Positions 1-8,255 of a stretch of 64,000 nt of DNA are shown here, piece after piece. The translations under genes were made by a program, and so were the position numbers. The notes below the pieces were generated by a model. That model saw nothing but the letters and a program-made list of their open reading frames with translations, had not been told where the DNA came from and did not search any database. The stretch's first letter is position 1. The number at the start of each line of letters is the position of its first letter. Source of the DNA: an uncultured virus (IMG/VR IMGVR_UViG_3300049791_000126). Its lineage: Duplodnaviria; Heunggongvirae; Uroviricota; Caudoviricetes. The stretch lies in IMG/VR virus record IMGVR_UViG_3300049791_000126. One strand, given 5' to 3'.

Positions 1-39
1 ACTTTGGGGCCTCCTAGCGAGCGCCAAGAGCCCGGCGTA

Positions 40-586
40 GTCTCGGATTCCGTCGGCCCCGAGCTGCCTCCACACCGAAATAGGCTCGTCTATTGGGCCA
101 CTTTCGAGACCTGGTCTCGGATTCCGTCGGCCCCGAGCTGCCTCCACACCGCTGCAATTGAGTAGGTCATGTACCAGCTCCAGGTATTGTCTCGGATTCC
201 GTCGGCCCCGAGCTGCCTCCACACGTGCGGAGGCGCAAGAAGGACTGATCAATGACCACACCGTCTCGGATTCCGTCGGCCCCGAGCTGCCTCCACACTT
301 GCGTCGATGACTCCGATGACGAGACAGATCAGCCCGTCTCGGATTCCGTCGGCCCCGAGCTGCCTCCACACATCTCGCCGTCCGCGTGGTCGGACAGAGT
401 GACCAAGTCTCGGATTCCGTCGGCCCCGAGCTGCCTCCACACTCGCCGAAGCACGCGGTGTAGATGACGGTCTTCATGTCTCGGATTCCGTCGGCCCCGA
501 GCTGCCTCCACACCCGCTACCGTCCGATCCACTCCGCCTGGGATCTGATGGTCTCGGATTCCGTCGGCCCCGAGCTGCCTCCACAC
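40..586 (-). CRISPR. CRISPR array: 8 identical 36-nt repeats (GTGTGGAGGCAGCTCGGGGCCGACGGAATCCGAGAC on minus strand) and 7 spacers of 35-39 nt; 1-39 is probably a further spacer cut by the window edge
   Basis: Exact repeats at 40-75, 114-149, 189-224, 263-298, 336-371, 407-442, 478-513 and 551-586. CTCGG/CCGAG hairpin and GAGAC 3' end. Orientation inferred from the adjacent co-directional effector gene. Confidence 0.98.
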
Positions 587-654
587 AGGTCTAGTTATCA
601 CAGAACGATTCCGACCACTTACAGGACGGATTGCGAGCGGTTCGAAAATCGCCT
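587..654 (-). promoter_or_regulatory. Short CRISPR leader between the effector stop codon and the first repeat
   Basis: 68-nt non-coding gap between the stop codon (655-657) and repeat 551-586. Confidence 0.6.
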
Positions 655-2120
655 CTATCCAGCCGCGTCGAGTAGCTGATTCTTCGCGTTATTTGCATCC
701 TGATCCCAGGCAGCACCGCAGCTCTCGCAATCGAGCCGAAGCTCACGCGCCTTGTCCCATTTGCAAAGCGCACCGCACGCATGACAGGTGAGCGTCCGCT
801 TGGCAGGCTTCAAAAGCTCACACCGTTTCCCGAACACCGCCTGCACCTCGGCCCGCAAGTAGTGCGGCTCCACCAGGAACCTATAATGGCGCGCGGCGGG
901 AATGTCGTCTTTGTTCGGGGCGCGCGTGACGACGCTGCGCATATCGAACGCTTCGTTGATGACCGAGTCGTAGCTCGCGGCGAGTTTTCTCGCCCACAGG
1001 CGATAGATCTCCCGGCGCGAGCGCAGCACGGACGTATACTCGTCGCGCTCCCATTGGTAGAGATGCCGATCGCGGCGCGCCCAGTGCTCTGCATCCTCCG
1101 GCGCATGATTGGCCGCTTGCTCGAGGGTGAAGCGAATCTTGCCGAGCCCCGGGTGAGTGGCATCCGGAGAAGCGAGCGCCTGGCGGCGTGATTTCGTCCG
1201 GCGTGCTGCGTCGCCGAGATACGCGTCAGCGACCTCATCGGCGAGACTACGTAAGGATTCGGCGTGCCTCTGCCGACCGATGAGCGATTCCGGGATCACG
1301 CAACTCGTCTCGTTGCCATCGTCATCCACCGCGTAGGCGACGCGGATGCCGCCGTCGACTCGGCGCCAGCCGAAGTTCACGGCGCAGCGACCGAGTCCGC
1401 CTTGAGCTACGTGCGCGCGGGGAGCGGCGTCGATCGTGAGGTGCACCGAATAGACCCAGCGATCACCGATGCGGTCGATCATCAGCCGCGCAAAGATCAC
1501 GCGCACGTCGTACGGCACTCCTTCCTTCTCGGCCCGCTCAGGGAGCGGCCGGTGATAGGCGATGGGGATCTCGAGCGAGAGTCCTTCGCGAAGACGAAGC
1601 GTCACCGTTCTGTGCTTGCCGTCGCCGGAGATCTGCACCGGGCCAGATTTTGAGAGCACCGCGCTTGCCTTGAGACCACTGCACCCCTGCACGGTAGCGG
1701 CGAGTAATCCTTCCCCGTCGAAGCGCGATGCCGGGGGCGAGCGCAAGTCATGATGCGCTTGACGAAGTCGTAGCCCTTCTTCGTTGCGCGTTGACGCGCC
1801 TTGAACTCGTCCGCTCGGCGCGTCTTCATCGCGGCCGCAACCATCTCGGTCACGGCCTGCTTCTGACCCCACCCGATGGTCGACGCTTGACCCGCAGCGC
1901 GGCAGGCGGCGTTGTAGGCCAACCGATGCTCGGTCTTCTGCTCGTCAGAGAGAGGCGCCGCTTGGTCTATCTCGATGATGTCTCGAGCGGCGATGCGCCA
2001 ACGCTCGACTTCGATGAGCGCGTTGTAGAAGACGTTCGAGTCGCGCTGGTAGGCGAGTAAATCGGCGAAGGATCCGCCGATGACCTTGGGTTTGAGCGCG
2101 CCGTATTTATAGACGATCAT
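655..2120 (-). CDS. Compact type V CRISPR effector, Cas12m (V-U1)-like TnpB derivative, ~488 aa when a 1-nt frameshift near 1723-1737 is corrected
   Basis: ORFs 1602-2132 and 655-1872 join at ...CARP/RFDGEG. N-terminal VYKYG, HRPLP, RuvC-I AVNFGWR, RuvC-II VINE, CxxC...CxxC zinc finger, RuvC-III WDQDANNAKN. Adjacent to the array. GGAG precedes ATG 2120. Confidence 0.82.
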
Positions 2121-2179
2121 GATGTAAGTCACTCCAGGAATTTGGGAAATGTCTCAGCTCTCCCGTAGGTGCTGAGCTA

Positions 2180-2416
2180 CTACGTCAGATCTTCCAGAAG
2201 CTTCCTCGCCACCTCGCGCATGGCCGTGAGCTGGTCATCAGGGATCTCAATCGTAATCACTCCGGTGCGGGCAGCCGAGCGTATCTCGCTGAAGGAGCGC
2301 ACTTCACTGAAGAAGCGATCAGCGCTCGGCCAGCCACCGCGTTTGGTCGTCACCACCTGGATCGAACAGCCGACGGGGAGAGCGATCGTGACGCGCGTCA
2401 GTTTTTCAGTAGACAT
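2180..2416 (-). CDS. Hypothetical protein upstream of the cas gene
   Basis: 78-aa ORF in a tight co-directional run. Confidence 0.55.
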   Translation of the reverse strand: MSTEKLTRVTIALPVGCSIQVVTTKRGGWPSADRFFSEVRSFSEIRSAARTGVITIEIPDDQLTAMREVARKLLEDLT

Positions 2417-2423
2417 TCAGCGC

Positions 2424-2708
2424 TCACTGGACGACCGAGCCGCATTGGCAGAGCGCGAGCGGAGTGCCCGAGCCCCATTCTTCCACGAACCTTTCAGCAA
2501 CCGCGATGGCTGTCTGCAGGTCGGGCATCTTCCCGATGAGCTGATGCGCATGAGAAGCGAGCACGTGCTCGACCTCACCCAACTCACCAGCCGGCTTCGT
2601 TGTCTCGAGCGCAACCAGCGTAAGCTCATCGACCTGTAACGAGACGACCAATACGCGCTGGCCCACCACGCGCCGTAAGGACAGCTGCGAATACGCCACC
2701 CAATCCAT
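2424..2708 (-). CDS. Hypothetical protein
   Basis: ATG at 2708 overlaps the stop of the upstream ORF. Confidence 0.55.
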   Translation of the reverse strand: MDWVAYSQLSLRRVVGQRVLVVSLQVDELTLVALETTKPAGELGEVEHVLASHAHQLIGKMPDLQTAIAVAERFVEEWGSGTPLALCQCGSVVQ

Positions 2709-2929
2709 CAGGCCAACCTCCCGACCTGATGATCGATCTTCAGCTGCGCCGCGATCATCCATTTGCCCGTGTGGATCAGGAGCGCGTGCATGCTCGTCGG
2801 GTTTTTCTGATAGCTCCGTTCGAGATCTTCTCGCTTGTCGAACGACACGTCTTCGAGCGCGGTCCACGGCCAATCACCAAACATCCAGCTCTCCATCCGA
2901 AAGGGGAGTTCGTCGCCGCCGCTCGTCAT
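2708..2929 (-). CDS. Hypothetical protein
   Basis: 73-aa ORF with overlapping start/stop on both sides. Confidence 0.55.
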   Translation of the reverse strand: MTSGGDELPFRMESWMFGDWPWTALEDVSFDKREDLERSYQKNPTSMHALLIHTGKWMIAAQLKIDHQVGRLA

Positions 2930-3123
2930 CGAGCGCGCGCGGCCTTCGGGAGCGAAGCCTCCCGCGTGGCGCGGAGTCCCTTGATCAAGATCTCCGTGTA
3001 TGGGACCGAGCGTCCCTCGGCCTCTGAAGACTCTGCCTTGCAGGCCTTCAGGTACTCATACTCCGGAGTCTTGAGGCGCACCGTAATCGTGTGGTAGGGC
3101 TTCTTCGTGGTCGCTTTCGCCAT
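2926..3123 (-). CDS. Ribbon-helix-helix-like DNA-binding protein heading the gene run that ends in the cas gene and array
   Basis: TITVRL beta-strand followed by two helices (PEYEYLKAC...YTEILIKGL). Confidence 0.6.
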   Translation of the reverse strand: MAKATTKKPYHTITVRLKTPEYEYLKACKAESSEAEGRSVPYTEILIKGLRATREASLPKAARAR

Positions 3124-3131
3124 GCAGTCAC

Positions 3132-3162
3132 CGTGCTATCACGATGCTGGCAACGGGTCAAG
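3132..3162 (-). promoter_or_regulatory. Putative sigma70-type promoter (TTGACC-N17-TAGCAC) overlapping a GTGATAGCAC motif
   Basis: Read on the minus strand just upstream of ATG 3123. Confidence 0.45.
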
Positions 3163-3184
3163 CGTTGGGGTAGGCTCGCCCTTG

Positions 3185-3613
3185 ATGAATCGCCCGACCG
3201 ACCCAGTATTCGGACTTTGGCACAACGGGTGGTGTGGGTTCATTACGTCCCGGAACCCCGACCGCCTAGGCTATGGGCACTCAGGGACCGAGGCGGAAGC
3301 GCGAGCAGGGCAGGCTCAGTTCGTGAGCGAAGGCCGCATCGCCTCTGAATACCTAGTCGTGGAATTTGATCCGAGCCGCGAGCCCGAAGCCAAGCCTGGC
3401 AAACCGTCACCCCGGCAACTGGAACTGCTGACATTCGTCAGCAAGCACGGAACCATCAACGGAGGCATGGGCTCCAGAAAAACCAGCGCCGTTATTTTCG
3501 ATCGCGGATGGGTGTGCCCTAATATCACCGCCGATGGGCAGGAGGGTAAGCCGACGCTTCGGTTGACCGCGGCAGGGCGCGCGCTACTGTCCAGAAGGGC
3601 CACCAAAGAGTAG
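3185..3613 (+). CDS. Hypothetical protein with a C-terminal winged-helix-like segment
   Basis: SPRQLELL...LTAAGRALL pattern; start uncertain. Confidence 0.5.
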   Translation: MNRPTDPVFGLWHNGWCGFITSRNPDRLGYGHSGTEAEARAGQAQFVSEGRIASEYLVVEFDPSREPEAKPGKPSPRQLELLTFVSKHGTINGGMGSRKTSAVIFDRGWVCPNITADGQEGKPTLRLTAAGRALLSRRATKE

Positions 3614-3717
3614 ACCCGCGTTGTGAGCGCGGTGCAGGATGGCGTAGGACGCACAACCCCACAGTGCCTCGAGTGCCCCGCTAGCCGGGTATGGGCTCCA
3701 CCTTCAACGGGCCCGCT

Positions 3718-4371
3718 CTACGTGAGCCACTGCCACAACGCGCCCGCCCACGCCGCGTAGCCGCGCGCTACCGGGTGAATCCCGTCCGGGCCTCGCGGGA
3801 GCGTCAAGCTCTGCGTTGGAAAAAAAGAGACACGCGGTTTTATTTTCGGGAGCGACACCTGATGCTCGCTCTCGATCAGTCGCATCACGCTCGGGAGTGA
3901 GATCGCGGCGGCGGGAAGCGTCGGTGGGCTCAGCCAGACGATGGCGCGTGGCCCGAGTCCATAGTCCGACTTGTGGGTGTACTGCTCGATCTTTTGGAGC
4001 AGCGCTTCCATATACGGCGCTTGGCGCTGGCCGATGTCTTGATTGGCAGAGGGCTGCATGTAGGCGTCGTTCGTGCCGAGGGAGATCAGGACTAGCGTCG
4101 GCTGGAAGCTATCGAGCAGCTGGCTGAGAGCATCCGACTGCGCCCATTGGTCGATACGCGTCCCGACGGTCGCCAGGGCCTGGAAGGGCACGCCGCGCTC
4201 GGCGGCGAGGGCCTTGAGCGGAGCCGTGAGCCCGACCGCGAGGGAGTCGCCGATGAGAAGAATGCGATCCCCGGGGCGGATCTTCGGGGACTCGAGCAGG
4301 CTGACCAGGCCGAGCGCCGTCGCGGCGCCGGCGGCGAGCCCCACGTAGATCCAGGCGCGGGAGGTCAGCAT
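3718..4371 (-). CDS. SGNH/GDSL hydrolase with N-terminal membrane anchor
   Basis: GDSL, GTND and DGIH blocks; hydrophobic N-terminus. Confidence 0.88.
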   Translation of the reverse strand: MLTSRAWIYVGLAAGAATALGLVSLLESPKIRPGDRILLIGDSLAVGLTAPLKALAAERGVPFQALATVGTRIDQWAQSDALSQLLDSFQPTLVLISLGTNDAYMQPSANQDIGQRQAPYMEALLQKIEQYTHKSDYGLGPRAIVWLSPPTLPAAAISLPSVMRLIESEHQVSLPKIKPRVSFFPTQSLTLPRGPDGIHPVARGYAAWAGALWQWLT

Positions 4372-4420
4372 GGCGCTTTCTTGCTAGTGGGACGCATCCA
4401 GGGGTAGCATTCATCCTGCC

Positions 4421-5077
4421 ATGCCGCAGGACTTCACCGCAAATATCTGTGGCGGTGTGCGTTGGCGCACGAGCCCCGGAGGGATCATCGAGCTCGAAGG
4501 GCTCGGGATCCCGCTGCTCGACCCGGCTTCGGCAAAGTTCCAGAACCTCGCCCGGACCTGGAAGAATTTTGGGGGGTATTTGGGAGCGGCCGCCGACAAG
4601 TCCGGGATCCCCCGCTCCTGGGCACTGGCCTTTGCGATGGTCGAGACCGGGTTTCTGTCGGCCGATTATCGGAAGCAGGCCGAGGCGGTGAGCGGCGCAG
4701 GAGCTGTTGGCGTGATGCAGCTCATGCCGCAGTATTTTTCGAAGTACTCGCTAGCGGAGCTGCTCGATCCGAGCGTCAACATCCCGGTCGGCGTCGGCTT
4801 CATCAAGACGCTGTGCACGAGCGCGAGCTGCCCGTGGCGCTGCGAGCTGCCGTACTTGGGATCGGTGTACAACGCAGGCAGCGGTAGCAACTGCGTGCAG
4901 TGCTCACCGGGGAAGAACGCCTTCAATTTCTTCGAGGACGCCGACTACTCGATGCAGCTCGTCACCTACAACAACTCAGCGATCACTTACCTGAAGCTAT
5001 CGGAGCCTGCATGGCCCTGGATGCTGGGAGGAGCGGTCGTGGCGGGAGCGTGGGCTGCCGCTTGGATGTGGCTGTAG
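4421..5077 (+). CDS. Lytic transglycosylase (SLT domain) with C-terminal membrane anchor
   Basis: VETG catalytic Glu, GAVGVMQLMP, YNAG; C-terminal hydrophobic helix. Confidence 0.88.
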   Translation: MPQDFTANICGGVRWRTSPGGIIELEGLGIPLLDPASAKFQNLARTWKNFGGYLGAAADKSGIPRSWALAFAMVETGFLSADYRKQAEAVSGAGAVGVMQLMPQYFSKYSLAELLDPSVNIPVGVGFIKTLCTSASCPWRCELPYLGSVYNAGSGSNCVQCSPGKNAFNFFEDADYSMQLVTYNNSAITYLKLSEPAWPWMLGGAVVAGAWAAAWMWL

Positions 5078-5357
5078 CGCCAGCTGGCGTAGCCCAAAAA
5101 TATCCCCCGAAGGTCAATTCGATTATTTTTTTGGCCATGTCGCTCACCTGAACGAGTACGACCCGCGGAGCATCCGCCATCACGATCCCAGACGGCAGCG
5201 CGAGCGCCGCAGCAGCGGCCGTCGTTCCCCGAAAGAATCCGCGGCGGTTCATGCCCGCTCGCACTAGGCGCTCGGAAGCTAGCGCATCTTCGATCTGATT
5301 TCCGCGCACGGAGAGCATGTCGGCTAAAGAATCGAGCGTGGCGCGAAGGATAGTCAT
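4983..5357 (-). CDS. Hypothetical protein with an internal twin-arginine-like motif (NRRGFF)
   Basis: NRRGFF followed by an Ala-rich hydrophobic stretch; 3' end overlaps the convergent SLT gene. Confidence 0.4.
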   Translation of the reverse strand: MTILRATLDSLADMLSVRGNQIEDALASERLVRAGMNRRGFFRGTTAAAAALALPSGIVMADAPRVVLVQVSDMAKKIIELTFGGYFWATPAGATATSKRQPTLPPRPLLPASRAMQAPIASGK

Positions 5358-5366
5358 TGACTTTTT

Positions 5367-5600
5367 TCAGCAGTAGGTGCCTAACCCGCCGGTTTCGCTA
5401 AAGTAGTTCCGGTGCAGGGAGTTGAGTTCCTGCTGGTGTTGCGCCGATCCAGTGCTGGGATCGATCTCGTGCTTGAATACCATCGCCAGGTGATTCTTGA
5501 GCGTCTGGGTTTGCTGTGCGGTCAATGGCGGCATGACGCCTTGAGCCTCTTGGAGTTCGAAGAAACCTTGGAGCCAGTAGCAAAACTCTCGTGCGGTCAT
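5367..5600 (-). CDS. Small phage-type hypothetical protein
   Basis: MTAREFCYWLQGFFEL N-terminus resembles a common small phage protein type. Confidence 0.65.
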   Translation of the reverse strand: MTAREFCYWLQGFFELQEAQGVMPPLTAQQTQTLKNHLAMVFKHEIDPSTGSAQHQQELNSLHRNYFSETGGLGTYC

Positions 5601-5702
5601 GGGACAGTGAACTCTTTTCTCAGCAGGGAAGATTGCCTCAGCTTCAGCGTACGTGCTATCACCGTACCATCAAGATAATGGCATAGTCAACCCGGGGTCG
5701 CT

Positions 5703-6657
5703 CATGCAAATCCACCCAGATCTCACGCTCCGCGAAGTCCAAGCCCGACTCGACAAGGCCGGGCTCAAGCTCCACCTGAACTTCGAGCACGGTGTCTACC
5801 ATGCCTACGTGCATGGGGACACGAGCGTGAAGTCTTACGACCGGGGAGATCTGGTCGATGCCATCGACGGGGCAACGAGGTTCGCGTGATCAACAAAGAT
5901 CCGCGCATGCCCGGACTCAACTCAGCGGTGACCGCTGCGATCTTTCACGCAGAAGACCTGCGCGCGAAGAGCTGGCGTGAATTCACGGAAGTCTCTCGGC
6001 TTGAAGAAGAGATCGCGACGATCTGTCCGGCCGGTACACTCGAAGGCGATGTCGCGCGACGCGGCGCAATCACCGCTGCGCTCAGCGCAAACGACCCGAT
6101 CCGCGCTCACGACTTAGCTGTGAGGTATCTCGGCGAATCTATCCAGACGCCAGGGATCGTCGCGCTCCTCGAGGAAGCGCACCGGCTCCATGAATCGATC
6201 CAACGATCGGCGGAAGCATGAGCCGCGGCGTCACCATCGGCGCCTTCCAAGTGAAGGTCAAACCGCGCCCGCTCGTCGGCACGAAGACCTTCATTCGCTC
6301 GACCGAGCGCGACATGCGGGACTGGGAGTGGAGCGAGAGCTTCATGCCCGATCGCTTTGGTCGACCATATCTCAGCGACCCGCGTGCCGGTCTCAAGTAC
6401 TTGCCACCGAAGCAGAACCGATGAAGATCTTCATCACCTGCGTGCGGGAAGACCCGAACAGCGACCACGCCGATCTGTTCTTGCCCTACCTTGCCAAGGC
6501 CAACTGGCGGGATGTGGAGGCGCGCGGCGACAATGCAGCCGCCGCCATGGCGCAGGTCAAGGGCATCATCCTGCACGCGCTCGGCAACTTTCCTGAGCCT
6601 CCTGACCAGATTCGATTCAGCTGTCTTGACCTATCAAAAAACCAAAGGGCCCCATGA
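5703..6657 (+). CDS. Run of four small coupled hypothetical genes (5703-5889, 5886-6221, 6218-6424, 6421-6657)
   Basis: ATGA/GTGA start-stop overlaps between consecutive ORFs. Confidence 0.55.
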
Positions 6658-6968
6658 ATCACCGCTTCTTCATCCTCGCTCTACTCCTCGCCTGCGAGAT
6701 CCCCGTCAACCACACGCTGCCTGAAAACGCTGCCGCGAAGTTCGCGATCGATCTCGGGCTTAGCATCCGCGGCAAGCCCTCGTGCGCGGGCGTCGACACC
6801 GACAACGACGGCTACGTCACCTGCACGCTTGCGCTCGGAAGCGCGGACGCGCCGAAGCTCATGAGCATCCAATGCGCGGCAGTTGAAAGCAGCGACGGGT
6901 GCTCAGTGAAGTACGCGCAGGGTTGCAAAGAGACGCCTGTCAAAGCTGCCGTCGTACAGCAGCAGTAG
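6654..6968 (+). CDS. Putative Cys-rich lipoprotein
   Basis: MNHRFFILALLLAC signal peptide with lipobox. Confidence 0.6.
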   Translation: MNHRFFILALLLACEIPVNHTLPENAAAKFAIDLGLSIRGKPSCAGVDTDNDGYVTCTLALGSADAPKLMSIQCAAVESSDGCSVKYAQGCKETPVKAAVVQQQ

Positions 6969-6974
6969 CGGCGC

Positions 6975-7535
6975 CTAGACCGCCATTTTCCGCCCCCACC
7001 GAGCGCTGAGTGTCTCTCTCGCCGCGCCCATGATTTGACTCACCCGCGCTGGGGTGACCCCGAGTTCTTTCGCAATCTCTGACTGTATCTTCCCCCCGAA
7101 TGCCGCCTGCATCACTGCCCGCTGCTGCGGAGGCAACGTCTCGATGGAATCGGTGAGCCAACGGATCTGGGTTTGCTGATCGAGATCTTCTTCGATGTTG
7201 TGCGCGACTGTGTACTGCCGGATGGTTTCCGTGGTGCTGAAGCCGTCGGAGTACAAGATCTGCCAGAGTTTTCCGAAGGTCTTTCGAGCGCGTCGCGGGA
7301 AGTCGTCTCGGGTGCGGAGATCGTCGATGATGGCGCCCCGGATCCGCACCATGGCCATCGCCGTAAACTCCCCATCCGGAAGCTGGTGGTGGCGGAGAGC
7401 CGCGTCCCAGAGTCCGCCGAGTGCGACTGTTTGGACCTCGATTGCCTCGATCGATCGCGGGAGCTTCCTCAGGTAACCCATCGCGATGCGATGCGCGAGC
7501 GCTCGATGCCGCTCGAACACTTCACTGGGAGTCAT
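6975..7535 (-). CDS. RNA polymerase sigma factor, FliA/WhiG-like (regions 2 and 4)
   Basis: GLWDAA...RIRGAIIDDLR (region 2) and LPPQQR...SEIAKELGVTPARVSQI (region 4). Confidence 0.88.
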   Translation of the reverse strand: MTPSEVFERHRALAHRIAMGYLRKLPRSIEAIEVQTVALGGLWDAALRHHQLPDGEFTAMAMVRIRGAIIDDLRTRDDFPRRARKTFGKLWQILYSDGFSTTETIRQYTVAHNIEEDLDQQTQIRWLTDSIETLPPQQRAVMQAAFGGKIQSEIAKELGVTPARVSQIMGAARETLSARWGRKMAV

Positions 7536-8172
7536 CCTTCGATCCAGATCGTGATGGAAGAAGCGCCCAGGACCCCACGCCGACGACGGCCACGGAAGCC
7601 GCTGCCCACGGCAACACCGAGTCGCTCGCGCGCCCCGCCAAGAACGGCTCCACCGAGTAGAACGCCGCTACCGCGGACTTCGGCACGACACTCGAGCTCA
7701 CGGCGCCTCCCGTGCCGTTGCCGTTGACGAGCTGCACCAAATCACCCTGCACACCGATCACGACCGCCTGGTGCTGGTTGTGATCGAAGTAAGCGATGTC
7801 CCCAGGCTGAGGATTATTTGTGGTCGGGAAATCGTAGAGGAAGCCCGTGCCGATCAGCCAAGGGCGGTCTCTCAGGACGCCCGCCTGGTGCAGCGCCCAC
7901 AGCGCGAACGCACCGCACCAATCTTTGGGCCAGCCCGAGGCTGGAGTGCCCGGCAGGACGTTTTCCCAGTAGGGGGCGGAGCTCGCTTTGCCGAGCTCCG
8001 ATTGCGCGTACTGAGCGATGCGGAGCCGCGGTGGCACGGGCCAGAAGGCCCAAGCGCTGAGGGCTGCGCCGAGAGCCCCCAGAGCGGTCAGGGCCCAGCC
8101 GGCGGGGCTCTTCGGCAAGATCTGTCGCAGGGCGGGCATCAGGGTGAAGGGGTCGGGCGGTCTCGGTCTCAC
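7522..8172 (-). CDS. CHAP-domain amidase/peptidase with N- and C-terminal membrane segments
   Basis: WCGAF, PQPGDI, HQAVV and NGN motifs; hydrophobic ends. Confidence 0.82.
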   Translation of the reverse strand: MRPRPPDPFTLMPALRQILPKSPAGWALTALGALGAALSAWAFWPVPPRLRIAQYAQSELGKASSAPYWENVLPGTPASGWPKDWCGAFALWALHQAGVLRDRPWLIGTGFLYDFPTTNNPQPGDIAYFDHNQHQAVVIGVQGDLVQLVNGNGTGGAVSSSVVPKSAVAAFYSVEPFLAGRASDSVLPWAAASVAVVGVGSWALLPSRSGSKDDSQ

Positions 8173-8255
8173 CTAGAAAAGTAGCATCCTCCGAGCTGGA
8201 CTGATAGTTTTCGAGGGGAAGAAAGCCCGAGAGCGGGCGTAGGACTGATCAGACC

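Noticed and set aside
225..262. Spacer shares AGGACTGATCA with 8241-8251
   Set aside because: 11-nt match only; not significant alone.
372..406. Spacer resemblance to 13147-13172 (shared CGGACAGAGTGA)
   Set aside because: Only 12 contiguous nt and gaps are needed; likely chance in GC-rich DNA.
249..782. Short ORFs overlapping the array and leader
   Set aside because: They are translations of repeats and spacers.
655..1872. Effector as an IS605/IS607 TnpB transposon gene
   Set aside because: No TnpA or IS ends seen; it abuts a CRISPR array and has V-U1-type motifs.
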